A stretch of DNA of 58,903 nt. Source: a bacterium. GTDB taxonomy: Bacteria; Patescibacteriota; Dojkabacteria; SC72. The notes beneath the pieces were generated by a model that did not search any database, was not told the DNA's origin, and was given only the letters and a program-made list of their open reading frames with translations. The stretch covers positions 1 through 58,903 of the forward strand of contig JAIOSB010000009.1 in the NCBI GenBank assembly GCA_021107795.1. The letters run 5' to 3'. Shown here piece after piece: positions 30,476 through 40,418 of this stretch (position 1 is its first letter; each line of letters opens with the position of its first letter). Position numbers and translations under genes: made by a program.

Positions 30476-30586
30476 ATGAAAAAGAAAACACGAGAAATTC
30501 TTAAAAAACTTTTAAATCTACTCATTGCAATAGTATTGATTGGTGGAATGGCAATTCCCGTAATTCTTAACCTCAGCAATCTCTAA
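30476..30586 (+). CDS. possible 36-aa single-pass membrane peptide, coupled to recG
   Basis: ATG at 30476 gives MKKKTREILKKLLNLLIAIVLIGGMAIPVILNLSNL. Its TAA overlaps the recG ATG (TAATG). It falls below the ORF-track length cut-off. Confidence 0.3.
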   Translation: MKKKTREILKKLLNLLIAIVLIGGMAIPVILNLSNL

Positions 30587-32598
30587 TGCGGATATCAGCA
30601 AGAAGCAAGATTACCTCACTCAATGGTGTAGGTGAGAAAGTGCAATCAAATTTCAAGTCTTTAGACATCTCAAATATTGGAGATCTCATTAGATTTATAC
30701 CTTTCAAATATCGTGACACTACAGATATTTCAGATATCAAGACTTTTAAAGAAATTGGTGAGGGAACCTTTCTTGCACAAATTGTAAATGCAAAGAATGT
30801 TTTTACTAGATATGGAAAGAACTTCACCAAAGTACAAGTGAAAGACAGTGAAAACAAATTAAATCTAACCTTCTTTAGTCAACCATATCTTTCCAAAACA
30901 TTTCAACCTAAAGGCTGGTATATCTTTGATGGGAAAACAACAACCAAAGGTAAAAGTAAAAACATATACAACCCTAAATATGAGAAGTATTCAGGAGATA
31001 TCAGTATGCAAATCACACTCGGGAAAATATTTGGAACATATCACGAAACGAAAGGCGTCACCTCAAGACAAATAAGGAAATTACTACTTCAACTCAAAGA
31101 TGATATCCCCAGACTATGCAAAGAATACTTACCCAAAACCATCTTAGAAGAGGAGAAACTAATAAATATTGGAGAAGCTCTAGCCCAAATACACTTCCCT
31201 GATAGCACCCAATCATTACAATTAGCAAGAGAAAGACTTGGTTTTGACGAAATGCTGAGAATTGCAATAAAGATTGAAAAGCAAATCGAGGAACAATCCA
31301 GAAAAACATCTCTCGCCATTAAGATTAATAAAACTTTACAAAACAAATTCTTAAAAAGTCTTCCTTACAAATTAACTAATGATCAACAAGTATGTATCAC
31401 AGAAATATTTGACGATATTGTACAAACCCACCCTATGAACCGCCTACTCAATGGAGATGTCGGAAGTGGAAAAACAGTTGTAGCAGCATCCGCTATCCTC
31501 CAAACCCTCAATTGCGGATATTCTGCCATTCTACTAGCACCCACCACGGTACTCGCAAAACAACACTTCGAAACACTCACTCAACTCCTCAAACCATTCA
31601 AGATAGATGTTGAACTCTGCATTTCAACAAAGAAAACAATTTCAGATTCTAACAACAAACTAATAGTAGGAACACACGCAATACTCTTCCAAAAGGATTT
31701 ACCAAAAAATCTTAATTTGATAATTGTTGACGAACAACACCGATTTGGAGTAAGACAAAGAGAACAACTCCTCAACATTAAAGAAAATACACCACACTAC
31801 CTTACAATGACTGCAACCCCAATTCCTCGCAGTCTTACAGAAGTTGTCTTTGGAAGTACTCAGGTATCTACAATAAAGGAAATGCCAAAAAACAGGATAG
31901 ATATAAAGACTAAGTATGTCCCAATTAAAAAACGTGTCGATTGCTTCAAATGGGTTGATACAAAAATAAAGGATAAGAGCTCATCGGAGCAAGCTTTCGT
32001 AATCTACCCTCTAATTGAAGACAATGACACTAATATTCGATCTGTCAAAACACAATATGAGAAGCTAACTAATTCCCACTTTAAAGATGTCAAGGTAGCA
32101 CTACTGCATGGCAAAATGAAAGATAAGGATAAAAACAAAATACTTACCGACTTCAAAAAGAAGAAGTTCGACATTCTAATCTCTACATCAGTGATTGAAG
32201 TTGGGATAGATATTCCAACTGCCACCATCATTGTAATCGAGAATGCTGAACGATTCGGCCTAGCACAACTACACCAACTCCGTGGACGAGTAGGGAGGGG
32301 GGATTTACAATCATACTGCTTTGTCATCCCAAGTGAGAATATAGACGAAAGAGAAAAAGCCTTAGAACGACTCAAATACTTCACAACTCACAAATCAGGA
32401 TTTGACGTTGCACAATATGACCTATCACAAAGAGGCCCAGGGGAAGTCTACGGAGTAGTACAATCTGGAATCCCAAGATTTAAAATTGCAGATTTAAGTG
32501 ACATCAAACTCCTCACAAAAGCAAGACAAGTTGCAAGAAAACTTCTTTTAGAAGATAATTCTACATTAGATAAAATTTCAAACAAGCTTTTTAAGTGA
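30586..32598 (+). CDS. recG: ATP-dependent DNA helicase RecG
   Basis: A wedge/OB N-terminal region, helicase motif I GDVGSGKT, motif II DEQHRFGV, and QLHQLRGRVGRG. Confidence 0.95.
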   Translation: MRISARSKITSLNGVGEKVQSNFKSLDISNIGDLIRFIPFKYRDTTDISDIKTFKEIGEGTFLAQIVNAKNVFTRYGKNFTKVQVKDSENKLNLTFFSQPYLSKTFQPKGWYIFDGKTTTKGKSKNIYNPKYEKYSGDISMQITLGKIFGTYHETKGVTSRQIRKLLLQLKDDIPRLCKEYLPKTILEEEKLINIGEALAQIHFPDSTQSLQLARERLGFDEMLRIAIKIEKQIEEQSRKTSLAIKINKTLQNKFLKSLPYKLTNDQQVCITEIFDDIVQTHPMNRLLNGDVGSGKTVVAASAILQTLNCGYSAILLAPTTVLAKQHFETLTQLLKPFKIDVELCISTKKTISDSNNKLIVGTHAILFQKDLPKNLNLIIVDEQHRFGVRQREQLLNIKENTPHYLTMTATPIPRSLTEVVFGSTQVSTIKEMPKNRIDIKTKYVPIKKRVDCFKWVDTKIKDKSSSEQAFVIYPLIEDNDTNIRSVKTQYEKLTNSHFKDVKVALLHGKMKDKDKNKILTDFKKKKFDILISTSVIEVGIDIPTATIIVIENAERFGLAQLHQLRGRVGRGDLQSYCFVIPSENIDEREKALERLKYFTTHKSGFDVAQYDLSQRGPGEVYGVVQSGIPRFKIADLSDIKLLTKARQVARKLLLEDNSTLDKISNKLFK

Positions 32599-33053
32599 AA
32601 ATCCATGTAGTTTTAGATAACCTAAGATCCGCATTTAATGTAGGAAGCATATTCAGAAGCTCTGACGGTGCAGGAAGTGTCGAAAAGATATATCTTTGTG
32701 GAATGACTACAGACACAGACAATCCCAAACTTGAAAAAACTGCACTAGGAGCCATTGATATGGTTAACTCCGAACACTACGATACAACTCTCGAAGCAAT
32801 AGAAGAGATTCAAGAACAAAATATCCCCATATATGCCATAGAATTGACACCAAACGCAATAAACTTTCAAGACTTTAAATACCCAGAGGAATTCGCCATT
32901 ATCTTCGGACATGAGAAAAGCGGAATATCCAAAAATATTTTAAATCTTTGTAATGACACTCTCTACATTCCAATGCGTGGTACAAAAAAATCTCTCAATG
33001 TTGCCAACACTGCCAGCATCATCCTCTACCAAGCTACTCAAGATACAAAGTAG
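32595..33053 (+). CDS. SpoU/TrmH-family RNA 2'-O-methyltransferase
   Basis: The three SPOUT motifs: NVGSIFRS, IIFGHEKSGIS and SLNVANTASIILY. GTGA overlap with recG. Confidence 0.85.
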   Translation: MKIHVVLDNLRSAFNVGSIFRSSDGAGSVEKIYLCGMTTDTDNPKLEKTALGAIDMVNSEHYDTTLEAIEEIQEQNIPIYAIELTPNAINFQDFKYPEEFAIIFGHEKSGISKNILNLCNDTLYIPMRGTKKSLNVANTASIILYQATQDTK

Positions 33054-33091
33054 GACTAGAAGAAATCACGATAAACTAGTATAATTAGCAC

Positions 33092-33826
33092 ATGAGTTTA
33101 AGACAGACATCATCAAAAAAATTAAGAAAGAACAAAAACAAATGGAAGGTCGACTCTTGGGAAGAGTATGAAGAAAGAGAAGACACATTCCTAAAAGAAC
33201 GGTTACAAAGCAAAGAACCAACCATTCCAGGGAAAGTCAGAATTACTGGTGGTAGCGCTAAAAACATCATGATCCAAATACCCAAGACCACTAGACCCCT
33301 TACAGACAGAATGAAAGTCCGAATATTTGACATCCTCAGTAAAGATATTGCAGGAAAAACAATCCTTGACCTTTACGCTGGAACAGGATCATTCGCATTG
33401 GAAGCTCTCTCCAGAGGAGCAAAACATGCAGTCCTAGTTGACGCTGCAAAGAATGCTTACCACATATTAGAATCTAATGTATCAATCTGCGGATTCCTAG
33501 CAGAAACTGAAATTGTAAAATCCAAAGTTGACGAATTTCTTTACAAAGCTGTCAAATCTGAACAAAAGTTTGACATCATCTTCATGGATCCTCCATACAA
33601 ACTCCTCAACACAAAAAGACTTTACAAAATGCAAAATACAATTAACCTAGCCTCACAACTCCTTCCAATCAAAAACAAAAGATTTAAAGGAGTAGTAATA
33701 TTGAAACACCCAAGACGATATCCATTAGAAAGATTAAAACTTGATATCATTGAAAAATTTGAATCCTACGAACTCGGTCTCAATTCAATTACGATATTCA
33801 TTGTAAAAACACCTAAAAAAGTCTAA
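33092..33826 (+). CDS. rsmD: 16S rRNA (guanine966-N2)-methyltransferase RsmD-like with basic N-terminal extension
   Basis: RITGGSAK followed by RPLTDRMKVRIFDIL, DLYAGTGSFALEALSRGA and FMDPPY. A Lys-rich leader of about 48 aa precedes the conserved start. Confidence 0.8.
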   Translation: MSLRQTSSKKLRKNKNKWKVDSWEEYEEREDTFLKERLQSKEPTIPGKVRITGGSAKNIMIQIPKTTRPLTDRMKVRIFDILSKDIAGKTILDLYAGTGSFALEALSRGAKHAVLVDAAKNAYHILESNVSICGFLAETEIVKSKVDEFLYKAVKSEQKFDIIFMDPPYKLLNTKRLYKMQNTINLASQLLPIKNKRFKGVVILKHPRRYPLERLKLDIIEKFESYELGLNSITIFIVKTPKKV

Positions 33827-33952
33827 AATACAAAGTAATGTATAAAACATCTGGAATTTTAAAAGAAAAGATTACTAAAGTAGTATTTACAACACACAAA
33901 TAATGTTGATTTTTGTTTCCCCATTCACCATATAAGTTTTGACCTTTTGTTT

Positions 33953-35713
33953 ATGAAAAAAGATGATATTTCCAATTTAGAAAGAATAAGGCACAGTGCC
34001 TCTCATGTTCTTGCACAAGCTGTACTCACCCTTTACCCTGATACAAAGCTTGGCATCGGTCCAGCAATAGATGACGGATTTTACTACGATTTTGAATTCA
34101 GCTCTCCTCTTGAAGAAGAAGATCTTAAAAAAATTGAGAAAGAGATGAAGAAGATAAGGAAAAGAAACTTACCCTTTAATCAAATCTTCATGTCCAGAGA
34201 AGAAGCTATCGAATACCTCAAAGCAATAGATCAAACTTACAAACTCGAGCTTCTTGAGGATATTGAAGATAAAGAACTTAGCTTTTACACAACTGGAGAC
34301 AAAGACTTCATAGATCTCTGTAGAGGCCCACATATTGAAAGTACAAAAGGAATAGGATTTCTGAAACTACTTAAAACCGCAGGTGCATACTGGAGAGGAG
34401 ACGAGAAGAATAAAATGTTGACTAGAATATACGGCACCACCTTTGAAACCAAAGACGAACTCACAAAACACCTTCACAACCTAGAAGAAGCCAAAAAAAG
34501 AAACCATAGGGTACTCGGCAAACAACTCAAACTCTTCGCACTAATCCCCGAAATTGGACAAGGACTACCTGTATGGTTACCAAGAGGTTACAAAATAAGA
34601 CACATATTAGAAAAGTACATGATTAAACTTGAAGAAGATGCTGGATATGTCCATATCCTTACCCCACACATTCACAAGAAGATCCTTTTCGAGAAATCTG
34701 GACATCTCAAGTTTTACAAAGATTCAATGTACCCCCCAATAAAGATTGATGATGAAGAATTCTACCTCAAGCCCATGAACTGTCCAGCAGCAATGATGGT
34801 TTACAACCTTGAACCAAAAAGCTACCGAGAATTACCTCTTAAAATGGGAGAATTGGGTACGGTATATCGATACGAAAAATCTGGAGAGTTACACGGCCTA
34901 CAAAGAGTAAGAGGTTTTACTCAAAATGATGCTCATATCTTCTGTACACCGGACCAACTAAACGATGTCCTAAACGAAACTATGGATCTACTTGACCAAT
35001 TCTACAAAGACATAGGTTTTGACAAGTATAAATTTGTACTCTCACTCTCAGACAAAGAAGATAAATCTGAAAAGTACTCTGGAGACCCTGCAAAATGGGA
35101 ACTGGCAGAAAACGCATTAAGAGATGTATTACAAAAAAGGAAAGTCGAGTTCGAAGAAATTCCTGGAGACGCAGCTTTCTACGGTCCAAAAATCGATATC
35201 CTCGCAGTAAATGTGTTTGGTAAAGAAGACGCAATCTCCACTATCCAACTAGATTTCAACCTCCCAGAGAAGTTTGATATCACATACATTGACTCAGAAG
35301 GTAAAGAGCAAGAACCTTTTGTGATACACAGAGCTCTAATTGGCTCTTTCGAAAGATTCTTTGCGTTTTTAATCGAACATCACGGTGGAGACTTCCCACT
35401 CTGGCTTGCACCAGATCAAGCACTAATCATCCCTATCTCTGAGAACCACACAGACTATGCACATGAAGTATTTGACTTACTCAAAACATCAAATATTCGA
35501 GTAAAAATTGATGACAGGAATAAGAGTATGCAATCGAGAATAAGGGATGCCGAGAAAATGAAAATACCATACATCGCAATAGTGGGGGACAAGGAAATTG
35601 AAACCAATACTGTATCCGTAAGATCACGACTCAACAAAGAGTTAGGCCTAATGAAAAACCAAGAATTCATAGACTACCTTAGAGAAGAGATTAGGAATAA
35701 AGGTAATAAATAA
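33953..35713 (+). CDS. thrS: threonine--tRNA ligase (no N-terminal TGS domain)
   Basis: Starts in the second additional domain (RHSASHVLAQAV), followed by the class II core (FRYE-like YRYEKSGELHGLQRVRGFTQNDAHIF) and the anticodon-binding domain. ATG at 33953 is chosen. The ORF is open from the TTG at 33947. Confidence 0.9.
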   Translation: MKKDDISNLERIRHSASHVLAQAVLTLYPDTKLGIGPAIDDGFYYDFEFSSPLEEEDLKKIEKEMKKIRKRNLPFNQIFMSREEAIEYLKAIDQTYKLELLEDIEDKELSFYTTGDKDFIDLCRGPHIESTKGIGFLKLLKTAGAYWRGDEKNKMLTRIYGTTFETKDELTKHLHNLEEAKKRNHRVLGKQLKLFALIPEIGQGLPVWLPRGYKIRHILEKYMIKLEEDAGYVHILTPHIHKKILFEKSGHLKFYKDSMYPPIKIDDEEFYLKPMNCPAAMMVYNLEPKSYRELPLKMGELGTVYRYEKSGELHGLQRVRGFTQNDAHIFCTPDQLNDVLNETMDLLDQFYKDIGFDKYKFVLSLSDKEDKSEKYSGDPAKWELAENALRDVLQKRKVEFEEIPGDAAFYGPKIDILAVNVFGKEDAISTIQLDFNLPEKFDITYIDSEGKEQEPFVIHRALIGSFERFFAFLIEHHGGDFPLWLAPDQALIIPISENHTDYAHEVFDLLKTSNIRVKIDDRNKSMQSRIRDAEKMKIPYIAIVGDKEIETNTVSVRSRLNKELGLMKNQEFIDYLREEIRNKGNK

Positions 35714-35734
35714 ATTAACACAATAATTTAATTA

Positions 35735-36286
35735 ATGGCGTATTACAAAACATATACGAAGAAGAAAGATTTTGGCCCTCGAAAGAACGAATGGATAAAA
35801 GCTCCAACAGTCCAAGTTATCACAGACGACGGGGACAACTTAGGTGAAATGAAAATCAAAGATGCACTCGTTAAAGCCCAAGAACTAGAACTAGATCTTG
35901 TAGAAGTCGGAGCAAAAGCGAAACCTCCTGTATGCAAAATTATGGATTACTCAAAATATCTCTATCAACAAAAGAAAAAGCAAAGAGCAAACAAAGTAAG
36001 TAGTAAACAAAAAGATATGAAAGAATTCAAATTTAGTCCTGTAATTGACATAGGAGACATCAACACCAGAGTTAGACGAGCACTCGACTATTTAGAAAAA
36101 GGCCATCCTGTTCGCATCACAATGTTCAGAAAAGGTCGACAATCAAGCGAACAAGCCAAACAAGTATTCAATGAAATATTGACTAATTTTACTGAATATA
36201 GTAGCATTGAAGCCGATCCTAAACGAGAAGGACGCAATATGTTTATCACATTTTATAAAAAGAATGGCAAGACAAAAAACAAATAA
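35735..36286 (+). CDS. infC: translation initiation factor IF-3
   Basis: LDLVEVGAKAKPPVCKIMDYSKY and an IF3 C-terminal domain, in the conserved infC-rpmI-rplT order. Confidence 0.9.
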   Translation: MAYYKTYTKKKDFGPRKNEWIKAPTVQVITDDGDNLGEMKIKDALVKAQELELDLVEVGAKAKPPVCKIMDYSKYLYQQKKKQRANKVSSKQKDMKEFKFSPVIDIGDINTRVRRALDYLEKGHPVRITMFRKGRQSSEQAKQVFNEILTNFTEYSSIEADPKREGRNMFITFYKKNGKTKNK

Positions 36287-36479
36287 AACAGCAGTAAAGA
36301 GATTTAAGCTATCTAACCCTAAAGGCAAGAAGAAGGGTAAACTTATGTATAAACAAAGTCACCAGAACCACTTGAAAACAAAGAGATCTCGAAGATCAAA
36401 GAGAAGACAATCTAACAAACGTATTGTCTCTCCTGCAAATGAAAAGAATATGTATAGAAAAATTGTAAATTTGAAATAA
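36264..36479 (+). CDS. rpmI: 50S ribosomal protein L35
   Basis: MARQKTNKTAVKRFKLS from the ATG at 36264, overlapping the infC end. The upstream part of the 36207 ORF is not L35-like. Confidence 0.85.
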   Translation: MARQKTNKTAVKRFKLSNPKGKKKGKLMYKQSHQNHLKTKRSRRSKRRQSNKRIVSPANEKNMYRKIVNLK

Positions 36480-36485
36480 TAAAAA

Positions 36486-36824
36486 ATGAGAGTAAAAACA
36501 GGAAAAGTAACAAAACGAAGACATAAAAAAATCCTAAAGGCTACCAAAGGATACAGAATGACCAAAAACAATCTTTACAAGGTAGCACACGAAGCATACA
36601 TGCATGCTGGGCAATATGCATACAACGATAGGAAGAAAAGAGCAGGACAGATGAGAAAACTCTGGATTACAAAAATTAATGCTGCCTGTAAAAATAATGA
36701 TATGAAATACAGTCACTTTATCAACAAACTTTCTACAAAGAATATTGAACTAAACAGAAAAGTACTAGCTGATATTGCCATGAACAATCCTGAAGTATTC
36801 ACCTTTATCATCAAAAGCTTGTAG
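36486..36824 (+). CDS. rplT: 50S ribosomal protein L20
   Basis: MRVKTGKVTKRRHKKILKATKGY is the characteristic L20 N-terminus. Confidence 0.95.
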   Translation: MRVKTGKVTKRRHKKILKATKGYRMTKNNLYKVAHEAYMHAGQYAYNDRKKRAGQMRKLWITKINAACKNNDMKYSHFINKLSTKNIELNRKVLADIAMNNPEVFTFIIKSL

Positions 36825-36847
36825 AGTTCCTACTGTAATTTTCGAAA

Positions 36848-36871
36848 GGACTCTACAAAGAGTCTTTTTTT
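36848..36871 (+). terminator. intrinsic terminator after rplT
   Basis: GGACTCT-ACAA-AGAGTC hairpin followed by TTTTTTT. Confidence 0.7.
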
Positions 36872-36901
36872 GTCTATAATAAATAAATAATTCAAAAAGA
36901 A

Positions 36902-37927
36902 ATGAATATGCCCAGCCTTTCAAAATTAGAATCTAAGATACTCAAAGATTTAAAGTCTTTAGATACAACCAAACTGAAAAAGAAATACCTCTCGAAAGAA
37001 GGTCTTCTCACAAAGGAATTTGCTAATATCAAAAACGTCCCTAATGACCAAAAATCTGAATTTGGGAAAAGAATAAACAAATTAAAAGCCCTCATTAACA
37101 AAGAACTAGACAACTCTAAAACAAAAGCTAAGATAAAGAGATCCCCTAGAATAGACCCTACAGCACCATTTGATTGCAATACACACAATGATAAGAAACC
37201 TCACATATTAGATCTAGAAGGCTCCTCTCACATACTAATGCAAGAAGTAAACCGATTTAATGAGATATTTACATCCATGGGATTTGATATAGTAGAATGC
37301 AGACAAGTAGATGATGACTACCATATGTTTGAAAGCCTCAACTTTCCTAAAGGACATCCTGCAAGAGATATGTATGACACATTCTGGACAGAAGACGGAT
37401 TTGTGTTACCAGCACACACCTCCACCATGCAAAACAGAATACTACGAAACAAGAAACCACCAATACGTACAGTAATACCCGGTAGAGTTTACAGAAATGA
37501 AGCTACAGATGCAGGACACGAGCACACCCTCTATCAATGTGAAGGGATATATGTAGACAAAGACATTTCAGTTGCCAATATGATTGCTACAATCACAGAA
37601 TTCTTAGAAACATACTTAGAAAGCAAATTAGAAGTTAAAATTCAACCTGCATACTTCCCCTTCACAGAACCAGATTGTGAATTTACAATTAGCTGTCCAT
37701 TCTGTAGCAAAAAAGGGTGCTCAACTTGTGGATACTCAGGTTGGATAGAATTGATGGGTTGTGGAATAATACACCCCAATGTCTTGAAATCAGCTAATCT
37801 AGATTCAAACGAATACTCTGGCTTTGCGTGGGGATTTGGAGTAGATAGACTCACAATGATAAAAAACAATATCCCAGAAATTAGACACCTAAGAGCTGGA
37901 AGTCTTAAATTCTTAAGAGAGTATTAA
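36902..37927 (+). CDS. pheS: phenylalanine--tRNA ligase alpha subunit
   Basis: An N-terminal coiled-coil, GHPARDMYDTF, the class II motifs (RNE and YFPFTEP) and GFAWGFGVDRL. Confidence 0.95.
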   Translation: MNMPSLSKLESKILKDLKSLDTTKLKKKYLSKEGLLTKEFANIKNVPNDQKSEFGKRINKLKALINKELDNSKTKAKIKRSPRIDPTAPFDCNTHNDKKPHILDLEGSSHILMQEVNRFNEIFTSMGFDIVECRQVDDDYHMFESLNFPKGHPARDMYDTFWTEDGFVLPAHTSTMQNRILRNKKPPIRTVIPGRVYRNEATDAGHEHTLYQCEGIYVDKDISVANMIATITEFLETYLESKLEVKIQPAYFPFTEPDCEFTISCPFCSKKGCSTCGYSGWIELMGCGIIHPNVLKSANLDSNEYSGFAWGFGVDRLTMIKNNIPEIRHLRAGSLKFLREY

Positions 37928-37928
37928 T

Positions 37929-40418
37929 ATGAAATTACCACTAAACCTTGCCAAGGAATTTACAAAATTACCAGCAAATGTAAAAACAACTGTAGAAATA
38001 CTCGCAAGTAGAGTAGGAGAAGTTGAATCTTACTCCGACATCTCAAAGAAATATGAGAATATTGTCATTGCTGTCATTAAAGAAAAACAAGACCATCCAG
38101 ATGCAGACAAATTAGCCATATACAAAATCTCAACAGGGAAAGGAGAAGAGATTCAAGTTGTAGCGGGAGACAAAACACTAGAGATTAACGACAAGGTTGC
38201 ATACATTAAACCAAAAGGTATAGTACCAAGTACATACAATACAGACAAACCATTTACCATATCCACCATTGAAATGAGAGGAATCACATCACACGGTATG
38301 ATGTGCTCTGAAAAAGAACTAAATATTGGATCAAACCATAAAACTGTACTAAAACTTGCTCCTAGTGCTCCTGTAGGTGAAGACTTTGCTACTTACTACG
38401 AACTTAACGACACGGTAGTTGACATAGAGAACAAAGCCCTAACCAATAGAGGTGATCTCTTTGGAATAATAGGTCTTGCAAGAGAACTCTCAGGCACTCA
38501 AGGAATACCATTTATCAGCCCAGATTGGTACTTAGAACCACAAATTAACCTAGAGCCAGCTGAAACATGTTTAAACTTTGATGTAGACAACCAAGCCGAA
38601 CCTCTTTGTTCAAGATACTGTGCAATTGCAATAAGCAATATCCAAGTCAAAGATTCTCCAATATGGCTTAAATCTGCACTTCTCAAATCAGACATTAAAC
38701 CAATTAACAACATTGTAGATATTACCAATTACCTAATGATTCTAACTGGACAACCAATACACGCTTTTGACTTCGACAAAGTGGTTAAACATGATACTAA
38801 GCAAGCTGATATGGGACACATAGTAATCAGAACAGCTATAGCAGGAGAGAGTATTCATGCCTTAGATGGTAATATATACGAACTAAATGACAGGAACCTT
38901 GTCATCGCAAACTCCCAACACCCAATTGGCATAGCTGGAATAATAGGTGGAGTAGATACACAAATAGATAAGAATACAAAAAATATAATCCTCGAATCTG
39001 CTAACTTCGATAGATATAACCTAAGACGCTCATCTATGGAACTAGGGATAATCACAGAGGCCTCTACACGCTACACTAGATCACAAAGCCCTTACCATTG
39101 CCTACCCGTACTATCACATGCCACAGAATTGATAACAGAGCTCTGTAATGGGCAAATATCAAGCACTTTAGTAGACTCTTACCCCCTAAAAGAAGAAATC
39201 AATCAAATTAGTATAGATATTAACAAACTTAATACCAAATTAGGCTTTAATCTTAATCAAGAGGAACTAATTAAACTTTTAGAAAACATTGAGTACAAAC
39301 ATACTAGTTCAAAAAACAAATACATTACATTTCAAATACCACTATTTAGACAAGATATAGAAATTGAAGAAGATGTATACGAAGATGTAGCCAGAATATA
39401 TGGATATGAGAAAATCACTCCCGTATTACCAGAAAAAACAATAACCGCGACATCACTCCCAAAGATGACAAGCCTCAAAAGCAATATTCGGGATATACTG
39501 TCAAATTCAGGATGCAACGAACTCCTTACTTACAACTTTGTAAGCATGGACTTACTTAAAAAGGCAAATCAAGATCCAAATATCTGTCTAAAGCTAAGAA
39601 ACCCACTTTCCAAAGACCTAGAACTCATGAGACCATCTGTATTAGCATCTCTACTTGATAAAACCCTTCTCAATACTCAAGAAGGAATTAATACCTTTGG
39701 AATCTACGAACTCGGACTCTCCCATCAAAAGGATAATTTAGATAAGGAAGAATTACCACTTGAACAATGGAAGCTAAGCTTTGTATTCTCGGACAACACC
39801 AACACACTAAGTGGCAACCCTTTCTTCCAATCCAAAAGATATTTAGAAAAGGTCCTTCATAAGGTAAATATTCAAAACCTTAGCTATGAACTAGCTACAG
39901 ATATTGATTACAATTCAACTCCAATATGGGTTAAGACACTACTAAATTCTTTTGAAAGTAATAGTAGTGCAATAGTATCAACAGTAGTAGGTAAAACAAA
40001 AGTAATACTGGGTATAGTAGGAGAGATTAATAATGAAGTTAAACACAATCTCTCACTCAATGACTTTACCTGTGCTTTTGAAATCAACCTTGAATCTGTA
40101 CTACAAGCCCAATTGAGTACAAATAAATATCTCGAAAGTTCTAAATTTCCATACATTACACAAGATATTTGTTTTGTTACTCCTACCAAAGTAACATATG
40201 CCGAACTCCTTTTACTTGTGAAGAAAACAATCAAGAAAAAGAATATACAAAGCAATATTGAATGTATAGATATTTACAGGAAAGAGGGTAGTGATACTAG
40301 AAACATTACACTTAGAATATCAATCACAAATACAACTAAAACACTCCAAGACAAGGATTACCAAATGATAAGGGAGAAGATTAAGAAGAAAGTAACACAG
40401 ATAGATATCAGTATGTAA
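37929..40418 (+). CDS. pheT: phenylalanine--tRNA ligase beta subunit
   Basis: An 829-aa protein directly after pheS with a tRNA-binding OB region (HPDADKL, VVAGD), B3/4 and B5 regions and a C-terminal anticodon-binding-like domain. Confidence 0.9.
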   Translation: MKLPLNLAKEFTKLPANVKTTVEILASRVGEVESYSDISKKYENIVIAVIKEKQDHPDADKLAIYKISTGKGEEIQVVAGDKTLEINDKVAYIKPKGIVPSTYNTDKPFTISTIEMRGITSHGMMCSEKELNIGSNHKTVLKLAPSAPVGEDFATYYELNDTVVDIENKALTNRGDLFGIIGLARELSGTQGIPFISPDWYLEPQINLEPAETCLNFDVDNQAEPLCSRYCAIAISNIQVKDSPIWLKSALLKSDIKPINNIVDITNYLMILTGQPIHAFDFDKVVKHDTKQADMGHIVIRTAIAGESIHALDGNIYELNDRNLVIANSQHPIGIAGIIGGVDTQIDKNTKNIILESANFDRYNLRRSSMELGIITEASTRYTRSQSPYHCLPVLSHATELITELCNGQISSTLVDSYPLKEEINQISIDINKLNTKLGFNLNQEELIKLLENIEYKHTSSKNKYITFQIPLFRQDIEIEEDVYEDVARIYGYEKITPVLPEKTITATSLPKMTSLKSNIRDILSNSGCNELLTYNFVSMDLLKKANQDPNICLKLRNPLSKDLELMRPSVLASLLDKTLLNTQEGINTFGIYELGLSHQKDNLDKEELPLEQWKLSFVFSDNTNTLSGNPFFQSKRYLEKVLHKVNIQNLSYELATDIDYNSTPIWVKTLLNSFESNSSAIVSTVVGKTKVILGIVGEINNEVKHNLSLNDFTCAFEINLESVLQAQLSTNKYLESSKFPYITQDICFVTPTKVTYAELLLLVKKTIKKKNIQSNIECIDIYRKEGSDTRNITLRISITNTTKTLQDKDYQMIREKIKKKVTQIDISM

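Noticed and set aside
33827-33952. T-box or ribosomal-protein leader riboswitch upstream of thrS or infC
   Set aside because: The thrS upstream gap is only about 125 nt, with no recognisable specifier or T-box (AGGGUGGNACC-like) sequence. The infC gap is about 20 nt, too short for an L20-leader-type structure.
36207-36263. N-terminal extension of L35 overlapping infC
   Set aside because: The canonical L35 N-terminus MARQKTNKTAVKRF starts at the ATG at 36264. The upstream 19 codons are the alternate frame of the infC 3' end.
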